A stretch of DNA of 59,745 nucleotides, the filler included, from Bipalium vagum (taxonomy: Eukaryota), in NCBI GenBank assembly GCA_037834085.1. It is 3 parts of 3 records of this genome, joined end to end, with 100 filler letters (N's around TTAATTAATTAA, not from the genome) between each part and the next. Parts side by side here need not be neighbours in the genome. Positions count along the whole stretch, not along the records: positions 1 to 18,243 come from JBBMKC010035033.1; 2 more parts are not named here. One strand, given 5' to 3'. A model generated the notes under the pieces. That model ran no database searches. It was given only the letters and a program-made list of their open reading frames with translations, and was not told the origin of the DNA. Below are positions 1 through 13,129 of this stretch, one piece after another (within the stretch, counting starts at the first letter, position 1; the number at the start of each line of letters is the position of its first letter). The translations under genes and the position numbers were made by a program.

Positions 1-343
1 GACGCAGTCGAGGCTCTGGTTGTTGGTCGTTTTTCTTTTGATTGATCTGAGGACTGGAGAAAGCTTGTCTGGTTCTTGTATATATCTGGTCTTGTTTAGA
101 ACCGTAGTGGATAATGTCCTGCTCTGCGAAAGTAACTTTCTTCATCTTAGAATTGTGTTTCTCATTATCATCCGTGATTAAACTTTCTGGCAATAAATTT
201 TTGATCCCGTTCTCTGATTTCCGCTTTCTATACTGGCTACGCTTTTTCACTGTTTGTGGAGAAAGTCTCATGTGGGCCGGCGGAGTTGGCAACAGCGATG
301 TAAAGGTACGAAGAAAAGTCTTTCTTACATCAAATTTTGACAT
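1..343 (-). CDS. 5' part of an unknown protein (open to window edge) with PP1-docking RVxF-type motif KKVTF
   Basis: ATG at 343, 114 codons with no stop to base 1 (MSKFDVRKTFLRTFTSLLPTPP...SKMKKVTFAEQDIIHY...); more GC-rich than flanks; absent from the ORF track because no stop lies in the window. Confidence 0.7.
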   Translation of the reverse strand, partial: MSKFDVRKTFLRTFTSLLPTPPAHMRLSPQTVKKRSQYRKRKSENGIKNLLPESLITDDNEKHNSKMKKVTFAEQDIIHYGSKQDQIYTRTRQAFSSPQINQKKNDQQPEPRLR

Positions 344-394
344 GAGATAAAAATTGAATTTATTAAATAAATCACAAACAAGCGAAATCATTGA

Positions 395-660
395 TTGATC
401 CAGTCGAACGTCAAAAAAGACTTCAAGACCCGACCTCTTTGCTTTGCGTCTGGTTGGGTCAAAAGGTGTGGCGTATCATGGAGCTTCTTAAATAATGTGA
501 AACTGTTAAATCTGAATGTTAGCAAAACCAATTAGACAGATAAATCAATGTTTAATTGAAAACGTCCAGAATGTGCCAGAAAACATAGCAAAGTAAATTT
601 TCTCTATAATAACTCAGCTAGATACTTCAAAGGCAGTTAAAAGATATGACATAGAAAGTA
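395..660 (+). mobile_element. mariner (Mos1-like) transposase relic
   Basis: Frameshifted translation LCVW..KGV..ELLK*CETV..QNQLD..KRPECARKHSKVNFLYNN resembles Mos1 MLCVWWDQSGVIYYELLKPGETVN..RKRPEY..VIFLHDNA. Confidence 0.8.
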
Positions 661-1085
661 CATTAGGAAGAAATAGATAAAAATGAAGAATTTTTATCTT
701 GATTGACTTCGTTTGAATCCTGTAACAACAAAAAAGGACTTTTCCAACTATCAGCTGAAATCCTGTTCAAAGATTTGTTTGAAAAAGATAAGATGGAAGC
801 TTACTAAGACATGTTTTGAGATGCAAAACCAATTTTTGTAAATCAAAAATAATAAAGTTATCTTCAAAAAATAGCAAAAAATTGATTATTTATTTTCATA
901 ATAAATAAAGATTTTAGATCATTTTTATTAATTTTTTGTTTTAATTTTTTCTGAATTACTTTATAGACACGTGTTAGTTTCTGGAAAAAAATTTTTAATC
1001 TAATATTTCGAAAAATATTTATAATAAAAAATCTAAAACTTTTATTAAAATACTTTTTATTTTGACTAAAGATATTTTTATTTGC

Positions 1086-1287
1086 NNNNNNNNNNNNNNN
1101 NNNNNNNNNNNNNNNNNNNNNNNNNNNNNNNNNNNNNNNNNNNNNNNNNNNNNNNNNNNNNNNNNNNNNNNNNNNNNNNNNNNNNNNNNNNNNNNNNNNN
1201 NNNNNNNNNNNNNNNNNNNNNNNNNNNNNNNNNNNNNNNNNNNNNNNNNNNNNNNNNNNNNNNNNNNNNNNNNNNNNNNNNNNNNNN
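1086..1287. other. assembly gap (202 N)
   Basis: N run; ORF calls across it are artefacts. Confidence 0.99.
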
Positions 1288-3829
1288 TCCATTCCATATT
1301 ATATATATTGATGTAATATAATATAAATAAAGCTAAAAATTCTTTACTTTACTAAACTTGTTAAGATTATTATTAAAAATTTCCAAATAAAAGAAACTTA
1401 AAAAGAATGAAATTTTAATTTTAAAATTGAAAATCAAAAGTTCTCTACAATACATTTCATTTAGTTCATTTACATATTAACTGGAAATTGTTCAGAAAAA
1501 ATATTAAATTGTTATAAATCAATTTATTTATGATAATGTTTTAACATAAATTCTGTGGTGATTATTAAAACATTACTAATATCGAGTTTACGGAATACCT
1601 GACAATCAATAATCGAATTAGATTTATTTTTCAAAAATGTTCCAATTTAAGTGAATTTTTTTTCATAAAAATTGCTTTTTCCACAAAAAATTTTCGTTAA
1701 GTGAATTGAGAAAGATTAAAACAAACTGAACCAATATTGTAAAAAATAATCATTAAATATTAATTATTACTATTTAAATTTCAATTGGAATATGATATTT
1801 TTAATGAAAATTAAATTTTGATGTGAAATTTATTTGTTTTTGTTGTTTTAATTAGGTAATTTTGTAATTCTAAAATTTTCTTTTTGTAAATTTATTTTTA
1901 ACTATATATTTAAAATTATTACGTGATAGTTTATTGAGTTTTTGATAAATTATATTGTTGTAATAAATATTGGAAATTTTAGAAAATTAGACAATAGATA
2001 TCCACGAGTTTACGTTATATCAATATAAAATTGATTTTAAAAAAATATATGAAACATACTTTTATTTATATTCTTTAAAATTGAGAATTATTTTTTATTT
2101 TTTTTATAAATTGTTGAATTTTGTTAAAATGTTGCACAATATAAAAATAATTTATTTTCTCAAATATATATTTGATAATTAACTTTAGAGTCACAAAAAA
2201 GTAAAACATTCATTAATACGTAGCAATTACGGAAAATAAAGATAACAAAAATAAATAAAAATAACAAAATGAAAAATTAGGTTCTCTAAGCTATACATAA
2301 GAAAAACTTTTATTAAACCTAAATTCTTTCTTTAAAGTGTGGCTTTAAATTTCTTAATCCAATTCTTACAGAGTACTCGGATCAAGCGTGAAACTTGCAA
2401 AATTTCTGTGAAAAATAAATTTACCCAAATCCTGCCCTAATATCTGAAGTCTTTAAAATATAGAAAAACCGACAATTTAAATATTATTTGTGACATAATA
2501 GTCTTTCGAATTCTTGATGCTTTTGAAACATATGTTTTCATCGTTTTCATCGTTTTCATTAATCAATAAAAATTTACATAATTCCATATACATATTAGGC
2601 TGGAAAAAACCAGTTTATTTTTTTAAAAATATTGGGTCATCTTTTTTACTTTCCTTTGGGGATGAAATAAAATTAGATTATTAGTTAATCGGTATTGTGG
2701 ACTCTTCAAATCAAATCAAATTTATTAATCGAGGAAATCATGCAAATATTCAAAGAATTAAGAGTATATTTGGTGCACGTATATTAAATGGCTTAAAATG
2801 CCATACGTAGGGTGTCATATAAGCAACCGAACTTTTCATTTAAATCAAATATTAAAAGTTTCATTTGCTTAAACTAATCTTTAATTTAAAATTACATCAA
2901 TCATATTTGAAAATCATCAAAATTTGTTTTATTCGGATAACAGGTTGGAATTCTACTTGCATTTACATAAAGGTATATATCATGCTTATGTCATAGATTA
3001 ACAATGGAAAAAAGTAAAAAGCAATTTTTTTTAATGTTATTAACTGACATCATTATCAATGACCATTTACAATCCTTCAAAGTTAAAATTAAGATCAATT
3101 TGTAATAAAACCCATCACCTTGTGAACCAAGAATTATTGTAATGCAAATTCAAAATCATATTTTATCCTAAATGACTTTTTATTCAAAATAAAATAAGAG
3201 TATTGTAGAATAACATCTTTTCTATTACCTAGTAGTTAGCGTCTTTATTATTTATTTAAATTGGACAACTGAATCCAGTAGACATCATCAATAATGATTT
3301 TACTTTTAGGAAATAATTCATGGACTTTGCTTATTCCACCAGACGCTGAACCTTTTTCACATTCATATCAGGCATTGCAGCAGACTATGACTCTTGATAG
3401 ATAGATCAAAGAGAATAAACAGTTTTGGTGCAAATAGACTAAATGTAGCAGAACCAAAATCCAAACGATTCGTACGATTACGATCAATAGGATATAAACA
3501 AAATTACTTTTTTTTCAAATAAATTTAATAATTAAAACATCCTAGATAAATAAAAACTAAAAGTTAAAAAAATTATTTTAATAAAAAATAATACTGTGAA
3601 TTTTTGCAAATTAAATTCCTCGACCTAACAAAAATTAATGTAAGAAGTATTTTTTACAAATTATAGTAAATAACCGATAAAATATAAATAATAATGAAAT
3701 GAAAAAAGAAAATAATTCCTGTAACATTTATTTTTTATTCTTTTGTATAAACTTTGTGAAAAGTTTATTTTAAAATATTATAAAATTAAATATAAAAATA
3801 TATAAACATTTTCTAAATATTGTACTTAC

Positions 3830-4450
3830 TCCATGCTATAAAAGTTAAGCTTCTCTGAATTCGATTTGGCAACAGCGGTTAGTAAAATTATTTTGGGGAT
3901 ATTTGCCTTGCTTATTATAGTAACTTTCTTCCTGCGGTTACTGTCACGAGACCGATCGCGATGAACGAATAGAGCTGGAACAATTTTTCATCAATATCTG
4001 CCCTTGCGACCCATGTGTTATTTTGGACTTGTCGGAAACACTTCAGCTTTTAATCTTTTTTTTGGGAATCTGTTATTAGAGGTCATATTTTCTTATGGAC
4101 TAGTCTATATTGCTCAACTACAACAATTCTTTGCACGATACTACTAGGAATTTGAGTCTATTTGAAATATCAGAGGTGCTATTAAACCGGCGTTTACGAA
4201 TTGCTACTGACACCGCTGCTCGTCGCAATTCATAATTTTCAATATGTCTTCCAGATCTTTTCTTCCTATGCAACTTACTACGTTTATAGAACTGATCCCG
4301 CAATTTTCTGAGATGGTTTTTGTTGGCAATGAAAGATTGGCATAAATCTTCGATGATAACATATTCAGATTCCACCTTTCATATTTTGATCAACAACTTT
4401 CATAATTCCGTAATAATAAAAATTGTTGATCTTCCGAAAGATTTGACATT
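3830..4450 (-). mobile_element. degenerate DD39D (plant-type, Soymar/Osmar-like) mariner transposase
   Basis: Across frameshifts: KKRSGR..RRFNSTSDISNRL..PLITDSQKKRL..ADIDEKLF..SKANIPKIILLTAVAK, matching the order of DD39D signatures KxxCGRK, PxLTxxNK, HIDEKWF, KxxIPKVMFLxAVARP. Confidence 0.65.
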
Positions 4451-5989
4451 TCTAAATTCAAAAGATAAGCAATAAAACAAGGAAAATTAATTAAAAACAA
4501 TCCATTAACGTAAAAAATAGTCATTTATTAAATCCATTTTTATGGCATTGAGTAAGTAAATATGCATAGCACTGAAAAATATACTACAAAAGGAATTCGT
4601 GGAGAAAGTAGTAGGAAAAGAATTTTTGTAAAAAGTACTAAGTTTAGTTTTAAACAATATAATAGAGAAATAAATTTTGTAGAAGACAATGTTCATTTTT
4701 TCAAAGATAAATATATCCAATCTCCCATTCAAAAATATTTTTTAAAATATTTATAACAAGAAAATATTCTGGTGAATTTCGTTTTAAATATTTAATTCTT
4801 TTTCATAAAAACAACCCAAAAACATTATTATTTGGGTCAAGCAATAAAGATTTTAAATAAAATAACAATGAAATAAGAGGTAAAATATTATCTATCTACT
4901 TACAAAGCATTCGTGTTATCTATTTTGTGAAAAATTTGTTTATTTTTCTCTCTTCTTAGGAAAAATTCCTGAAAATATAAAACAAAAAAATATTATTTTT
5001 TGTTCCATTTTAATAAAAAATTTTGAATCACCTTTAGATATCTTTAATTCTAATAATTTCTGTATTTTGTAGGGTTGGCAAAAATTTTTTTTCTTCACCC
5101 CTTTTAAAAAATAATATTTTGGGTGCTTCAGTGGGATACCAGAAAATACTTTTTCTATAAAGCAGATGATAAAATAGTATATCTATCGTAACATGAACAA
5201 ATATTACAATATAAAAATTCATGACAATATTTTTTAATTATAAGAAATATTATTTTTCTTAAATAAATTTTCATTGAAAATAATATTTCGTAATAAATAC
5301 GTCTACATTATTTTTACGTATACGAATGTAAACTGAATAATGTAAAATGTGGAATTTAATTTTTTCACTGTTAAATTAAATTTATCGCTATTAAATTAAA
5401 CTAAATCTACGAAAAAAATTTTTCAGTTTCTATATAAAAAAATTATCTCTAATAAAACTTTTCAATAATTTTAACTGAAACAGTGATATACAAAAATATA
5501 ATTTTATTGCTCTTTCTTATTTCAGAGTAATAAATAATTTTATTCTTCATTTTAACAATCAAAAAATTAGTTATATTTATTTCAGTTCAATCATTTTAAT
5601 TATAACCTTCATTTATCGTGTTTCATTTTCACTTCAATTATTTTATTTATTCTATGAAAATATTAAAAGATATTTTACATTTTTCTTTGATACTAAAATC
5701 AGAATTAAATTCATTGTACCTTTAAACTGCTCTCCTGTTTTCAACTTAATGATTTGCTTAATCCATACCACAAAATTCGATAATGGGTTAGTAAAAATGA
5801 TTTAAGTGATAATTAAGAACATTTAATTCTATTGAAATATTAAAGTATTTTATTTTTTGCAAAATTTATTTCATGATTTTATTGAAACTTAAAATGATTC
5901 AAAATACGACATCAAACTTAATCTTCATTTGCTTTCGTTTTAAATATATTGTATTATTTGTTTGATTTGCTATTTGTGGTCGGGTATTG

Positions 5990-6870
5990 CCCTATGCAAT
6001 AAATCTATATCATGCAATAGAATTAGGCCTTTTCCATTGATCATTCTTGTACATTCCTTTCAACTTTTCCTGTAAAATATCAATTCTTAGGCAGTATTTC
6101 TCTGCTGTTATCATTTCTACCTTATCCAGATAGTCGTAAAGAATCGCCCTTTTAAAGACCACCATAACGTAACCAATATCTTTTTTATGACACGGTTTTG
6201 CGAAGAACTTCGGACATTCACAGATATTTAACCACTGTACTAAGCGTTTAATATTGTTGTATAATAAACATTTTTAATCAAAAGTTGTTAGATCATTAAA
6301 AAAATGAGTTTTGAGCATATCTCATAACGCTTCATTTTGTTTTTTATGGTTAGCTCATGTGGCACCCACGTGTCTAGGTTTATTGTCTTTTCTATTTGCT
6401 TCATATGGCTCGAAATAGTTGCAATACTGACATCTAGACTTTTAGCAAGTTTTTTTATTGTTGATCGCGTATTCTCTTCTATTAGAGCCTTTACATCTTT
6501 GCCATCAAGTTTGAAAGGACTGTCAATTCGTTTCTTCAAAGGATAGATCTCCATTACGGAACATCTGATACCAACGCTTTATTGTTCACTGATTTACAGT
6601 ATCATGGTCCCAAACTTCATTAACTTTTCAAGCAGTTGAAACTTTAAAAATAAATTTGGCGCAAATTGTCATACGACATCCTACAATAAGATGGGGAAAA
6701 TGTGGTCAAATTTTAACTTAAAAGCTAAACAGATTAATATTTAAATATATTAATATATTAATATTTCAAATTCTATGTAATATAAATATCTTTAAATAAG
6801 TTATTTGAGTTATTTACAATTTTAATTTATATAAACAAAAACGTGCAAAACTTTTGGAACAACGCTAATA
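5990..6870 (-). mobile_element. mariner element relic with 5' TIR
   Basis: ORF 6288-6554 has the second HTH and WVPHEL; degenerate KKILVTLWWS follows; TIR-like TATTAGCGTTGTTCCAAAAGTTTTGCACG at ~6842-6870. Confidence 0.85.
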
Positions 6871-7069
6871 TATAAATGTATTTAAATATTAATATGAATA
6901 ATTATTGATAGAATGAATTGTTTGATGCAACCCCAACATATGATTAATTTGATAAACATATTAATCCAATTGAATTAGCAAAAATGTTTGCCATATCAAG
7001 AATAATAAAATTGCCATAAATTGAATAATAAAATCAAAAAATGTCATTGAAGATGTATAGATTAATGGT

Positions 7070-7290
7070 AAATGCTCAAAACGTGCAAGGATAAAAACCA
7101 CAAAACATGAGGATTTTGATCTATCTGTTCTAGCATGGTTCAAACAAATCGGGAATCAAAATGTTCCTGTAAGTAGTTTGCTTTTAAAAGAATTGGCGAA
7201 TCGATGATTTTCAACCCAGTAATTGATGGCTTGAAAAGTTTTTAAAAAGATATTCAATAAAATTTAATAGTATTCAAGGCGAAGCTGGTT
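7070..7290 (+). mobile_element. Tigger/pogo (CENP-B-type HTH) transposase relic
   Basis: KRARIKTTKHEDFDLSVLAWFKQIGNQNVPVSSLLLKELA..FQPSN*WLEKFLKRYSIKFNSIQGEAG. Confidence 0.8.
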
Positions 7291-8392
7291 TTCGTGCATT
7301 AAGCTGAATTAGCTACTCGGCAGATGGAAGTACTAAAAAACGCGGACAATATTTTTTTACCTAAAAGTAACAATGTTTTTTTATGACCTGCAGAAATACC
7401 CAAGTATTTTTTCTGAACTACAAAATTACCTAGGTTGTTTTTTTATCTACAATAAAAAACAAATTTCAATAATAACAAGAAAGATAAAATTGATAACCAA
7501 CAATTATATTTTTTTGACAAATTCACCGTTTCTTCAAAGCTATTATGATATTGTAACCATATGAATTCTTGAAGAAAATCAACTGAGGTGATTAAATGCC
7601 CCATGCATAGCTTTCAACCTTTTTTTTATCTTGTTGTTACAGCTTTCGACGTTCTGATTGTGGACAGATTGGTCATAATTAACAAACTGATATTTATGAC
7701 AAACCGATTCATGTATACATGTTTTGTTTCGTGTATATTATATCAATGTATAATGTGCTGCCTTGTCTAACTATTCTGTATATAATTGAAAGATATGATT
7801 TTTGGTTCAAATTTCTCAGGCTTGTATCTGCAATTGTTTAGATGGGTCCCTTGGTCGATGAGCTTAAACCTCGTGGTTTAACATCGTTTCTTTAAAATGG
7901 ACTATTTTATTTGGACCACATAACAGGATAGAATTTTATCAAAATATATTTTTAGTTTCTTTATTAGTTTGGCTCGAAATTTGATAGGAAATGACCTATA
8001 AATGTATATATGAAATAATAAATAACCGACTTATATCAACATATTTTATACTATCGCATAGTTGAGTACCATTGTTGAATAAACCATATATAATCTCCCG
8101 TCAGTATGCTAATAATTTCATCTTACTGGTTGTACATATTGAATTATAACTTAATATGTGCAATACAAAAATTATTGTTATTATTAAAATTATTATTAAT
8201 AATCTTAATAAGTTTAATTTATGCATTGTGTGAAAAATGACCTACTCATCACCCAACGTGTATAATTTGACCTACAATAATGCAATGGGTCAAAAAACAT
8301 TGTCCAAAAACGCTATTTAAATTACATAATTCATGTTTACAACTTTAAAAAATTTACCTTCATATAACGTCAAACCATCATACATCATAAAA

Positions 8393-8581
8393 TTACATTA
8401 ATAAAAATTTTCTTAAAATCTCAAAATCAAATCTCCTTATAAAGTCATAAGATCCTGGTCCCGGCGGTGACGTTACAAAGAGGTTTGACTTTATTTGACG
8501 AATCCCAAATGAGGAAACAAAATCAAGTGATTTTAATGCCGAAGGAACTTGAACGGACGTTGATTTAATATTTTTGAGCAA
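8393..8581 (-). pseudogene. isolated fragment with a SHIPPO/ODF3-type PGP repeat
   Basis: SSFGIRQ..TSPPGPGSYD resembles the SFG.R..PGPGxY repeat unit; no clean splice sites or further repeats found. Confidence 0.35.
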
Positions 8582-9404
8582 TAAATATATTTAAAGTAAT
8601 TATTTAATATTTCGATTAGATTTGAAGAAAGAGTTACAGAACTAAAAAAATTACAAAACATAAATTTTAGAACTGCCGATATAAAAAAACCCTTGATTTA
8701 AAAATATAATTCCACTACGAATTAAAAGAAATTCTTTCAATAATTAATTTTAACTGGGAAACTTTTTGTGACTTCAAACCTTAATACTTTACAAAAATGA
8801 AAGATGTCGATTTAAGTTTCAAAAACGCAATGATTTTGAGAAATTTTCTAAATCAAAATCTGGCTTTATTCATAATTATAGATTTTTCTAAAAAATTGAC
8901 AGTCATTGTTCACTTAAAACCAAATCAATGTATACACTATCTCTTACTATATACTACAATGCCATGAAAAGATGGGTCATCAACCATCATATTCTGCAAA
9001 ATATTTACTGGGGTTTCAATATTAACCCATACATATTGCTCTCAGTAAAATGAAATACATCCAAACAATGTCAGGAGAATAGACGTGCAGTCCACTAAAA
9101 ATAGAGCTTCAGATGTATAGAAAACGAGATATACTAAAATTGGATGGCACGAGTAATAAATATAACAAAATTCACAGTTCAATCAATATCCATGTGGACG
9201 AAGTGCACGTATTTAAAAATTTTTATAGAACCAAATTGTCGATTTTTAAAAATTCGAAAATTCCCCAAGAATTTTAAATATAAAACATAAAACTTTAGAG
9301 ATACATATTTTACTATGTCCCATTATTTTTAAAAATATTTCGTTCTATTTAAGAAATATCATTAGGATCAATATTAATCAAATAAAAAAGGTAATTAAAT
9401 CAAT

Positions 9405-10905
9405 TTAATCATCATTATCGACAATTTTTCTTTTCAATTTCTGTTTCTCCTTTTGTTCATTCTTCTTTCTCATTTTAGATTCGTTGTCCTGCTCTTCTTT
9501 AACCTGTTTTTTGACCTCATTCAGAATTTCCGTCACCTCATCGTGTAAGTCTGCCATCTGATCTCGAGCAGTGGACACTTTTGTCATTTTGACTCCAATA
9601 TCCCTTTCGATGCTCAATAAGTCCTTTACCATGTACGGCGTGACCAGATTAATGGCCAAACCAGATCGACCTGCTCTGGCAGTTCTACCGACTCTGTGCT
9701 GATACACTTTCGACGAATTCGGAACACTGAAATTGATAACCAACCCTACATTCGGTAAGTCCAACCCTCTACTGGCTACATCTGTCGCTACCAAGACAGA
9801 GACCTTTCCTTTGGCAAATCTGTCAAGAGCTAACTGTCGGTCACCGCCTTTCAGGTCACTTTGCAACATTACCACAGATATATCGAACTGTTTCAGGACG
9901 CCGAAGAGTATTTTTGCGTCTTTCTTTGACTCTGTGAACACTATGGCACTGGATAACTCATTTTCATCCTGTCAGCACGTAAAAAAGGAATAAATCGAAA
10001 AAGATAATCATAAAAATATTACTGAATTATTGCACAAGTTTTGCAGTTTCCAGACCAAAAACAAAACACGCTCTTCGTCGCTGTGAAGAAAAACAAATTC
10101 TTGATTCAGTTTTTCAACGGTTTGATGTTTCCTAGAGACTTCAACACGAAGAGGATTTTTTAAACATACCGTTTCCAATTTTTCAAGCTATGAAGAAATA
10201 TTATTTTTTCTCAAAACAAGAATTTATTCACTAACTTTATTTGTCATTGTAGCTGAAAACAAGCAAGTTTGGTGAATTTTAGGTAAAGCGCTGACTATGG
10301 TTTCTAAGTCCGACACAAAATCGTCAGCCAACATTCTGTCTGCTTCGTCCAATATCAAAAAGCTCAGGCCTTTAAAATTCAGTTGCTTTGTTTTTGTTAT
10401 GTGAAGTACCACTCTGCCGGGAGTTCCTGTTTATAATAAAATTTTCAATCTCAATAAAAAAATCTCAAACCAATAACAATATGAAATTTGTTAGACTTAA
10501 GAAGTTTAACTTGATCTTCAAAAAACTCTCCTCCGACTAATGTTACTACTTTGAGTCCATCTTGCTCACCTAACTTCATAAATTCATTCTTTATTTGAAT
10601 GGCAAGTTCGTGTGTTGGAGTTAATATCAATGCAAAATTATTTTTGGGCTTTATGAAGAGTTTCTGTAAAATAGGTATTGCAAACGATCCGGTTTTACCG
10701 GAACCAGTTTCAGCTAATGCAATTACATCGTTGCTCTTGAGCATTAATGGGATAACTTTTTTTTGAATTTCTGTAGGTTCTGGCCATCCTATACTTTGAC
10801 AAGTTTCTGCTAAACTTTGATCAACTCCCTATATATTTTTCAATTAATTTGATATGATGCACGCAAAAATCATACTAAAATTTCAAATTTATTACCGCCA
10901 AACAT
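9405..10905 (-). CDS. DDX47: DEAD-box RNA helicase, DDX47/Rrp3-like (divergent), 435 aa
   Basis: Exons 10905-10876, 10828-10471, 10426-10236, 10187-10023, 9968-9405; GT-AG introns of 47/44/48/54 nt; 1308 nt in frame. Q motif (GWPEPTEIQ), AETGSGKT, TPGR, DEAD, SAT, ATDVASRGLD, HRVGRTARAGRSG; AETGSGKT and RAGRSG are typical of DDX47/Rrp3. Confidence 0.88.
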
Positions 10906-11265
10906 TCAAAAACGTTAATATAGTATTATTAAAACAAGTCTTTAATTTTATTTTCAGTTTATTTTTTAAAAAAATAACACTGCAATGTTTTTTATTAATT
11001 ATGATAAGAATCTTTTTTTAAATGAACATTTTATTATTTTCAGTAAAATTATTTTTTGTGATTTGAGAATTAAATTAAAATAGATTTTGATAAAAATATT
11101 AATATAAAACGTTTCTGAATATTTGTAAAAAAAATTATCTCAAAAAATATTAAAATACTTTAAAACTTTAATTTAATTACAGTCATTTCATGATAACAAA
11201 TGAAAATTATTCTTGGTAATCTTAAATAAATAGACAATAGAATTTTTTTATTTTAATTAATAAAA
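10906..11265. promoter_or_regulatory. putative bidirectional promoter region (360 bp between divergent ATGs)
   Basis: Helicase ATG at 10905 (-) and membrane-protein ATG at 11266 (+). Confidence 0.45.
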
Positions 11266-11718
11266 ATGGAGAATTCGTTAAATCCTGTTCAAGAAGGATT
11301 GCTTATGGGATTTGGTATATTTGGAGGATTATTAGTGATAATTGTCATCATCATATGCTGCTGTTGTAATACTAATGAAGAAAATTCTGAAAAGACCTCA
11401 GATGATAATAAATTATCTCAAGTTCAATTTCATCAATCAAAATCTGTGAAAAATAATCACCAAAATTTTAAAAACGATTCTAAAAATGTTTTGAATCAAA
11501 ATTTACGTGTTACTAATAAAGCAATTCACAATAAACAGACTGGAGGAGTGGAAAATAATGATGGAAATCTAAAATGGCAAGATTCTTCGATGACAATAAC
11601 AAAGTCTCACGCTAGTCTAATCTTAAAACCTAATGCCAATCGCACTGAATATGAAAATCAAAAAATAAACAACATTCGAAACTTGCCTCATCAAAAAGTT
11701 ATAAAATATACTGATTAA
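11266..11718 (+). CDS. orphan single-pass membrane protein (150 aa) with juxtamembrane Cys cluster
   Basis: Intronless ORF; AAAA-ATG context; hydrophobic GLLMGFGIFGGLLVIIVIII then CCCC, then a polar N/K/Q-rich tail; AATAAA ~35 nt after the stop. Confidence 0.75.
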   Translation: MENSLNPVQEGLLMGFGIFGGLLVIIVIIICCCCNTNEENSEKTSDDNKLSQVQFHQSKSVKNNHQNFKNDSKNVLNQNLRVTNKAIHNKQTGGVENNDGNLKWQDSSMTITKSHASLILKPNANRTEYENQKINNIRNLPHQKVIKYTD

Positions 11719-13129
11719 AAACTGATATTTTACTATCATCATTTTGTTTTAAATAAATTATTTATTCACGATTTTCCCAATTGTCTTTGTGACAAGAAAA
11801 GTTTTATAATTAACTTTTATAATTTAATTTTTTGTTAATCCTTTTTAATTATAATAATTTAATATCTTTCAAAAAATGTTCATTTATACAAATTTTATAT
11901 TTAATATATTTCAAAAAATTAGAAATATAATAGAATTAAATTTTAGAAACATTAATATGAAATAATTTTATCTTTACTTTAAAATTTATATATTTTTTAG
12001 ATAGACAAAGCTGTGTTTTCGAAATGAAGAATAACTATTTCATTATTATTATTATTTAATAGTTTTGTTATATATTGAAATATTAGTATTCTTAGTTAAC
12101 TCTGTAAGACAATTAATTAATTATTTTAAAATATTTTAATGTCTTTATTTTTTAATTGGCAGAAATAGAAATTAAAACCTTTTAAGAATGACATTATTTT
12201 TATTTAAAAAATATTTAATATAAATGTTGAATTTTTTAAAATGACTGAAGTGTTTTAAATTAAGATTTAAAGATTGGTATAAAAAAGCGAAGTGCTTTTC
12301 CGAACAACTCAATATATAGACAGATGATACCTCGTTAGAAGTCAATTTACTTTAAAAAATTCATCTTATATAGACAAATATTACATCAGATCATTTCATC
12401 TCTAAATTTTTTGAAATATGATAATACATTAATTTTCTGGAATATGATTAATCCTGAATAAATTTCTTGGCTAAAAGCAATCAGGTTCTTATTGTACTCA
12501 CTTTTTAAAAATATATTTTATATGTATTCAAAAATATAAGAATTATATAATTTTTTAGTTCTCACTTCTTAACGGATTTTAGGAAAAAGTTGTGGTAATG
12601 AATATTGTAGAGAATTGGAAAATACATTTTTTATTGTCAAAAAACCAGATTATATTGTAGTAATGATTAACTGATAAATACTTTGACCACATCTAATTTC
12701 CTTAAACTGGTTCAAATATTCAATATTAGCACATTACAATAGCCCAAAAGATGTTACATTTGGAAACATGCAAGTTCCTCTTTAAAATAACCGTTTTTGA
12801 AGTTAATTGAGCTTATATACTAAGACAATTTAATAATGTCACAAAGAAATGAATTACATATTTTAAAGTTTTATCTAATTTAGGAGGGACATCTAAACTC
12901 AATTTTTTGTATAAAAATATATTTACGTCTTCTTTTAGTTCTCTTAATAAAATATTACATGTACATTAAAAATGATGGTTTTATTCAAAAATAGCCAATG
13001 ATTTATAAAGATAGTTATAACGGAATATTATTTTTAAAAGGAATATTTTGGAATATCTTTTACATTTATTTAAATATCCAACATTTATTTATTTATAGCA
13101 TTTATACTGTAGAATCTAGTATTTTAAAA

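Noticed and set aside
114-350. + strand 78-aa ORF
   Set aside because: Antisense shadow of the minus-strand ORF 343->1
864-1321. ORFs spanning the N gap
   Set aside because: Open only because of Ns
7892-7908. 17-bp match (TTAAAATGGACTATTTT) to the reverse complement of ~55868-55884
   Set aside because: On different contig pieces and short; probably a shared TE terminal motif, not a paired structure
9733-9993. + strand ORF over the helicase (also 22485-22691, 32255-32647, 32404-32631, 32703-32885 over G-alpha)
   Set aside because: Antisense shadows of real exons
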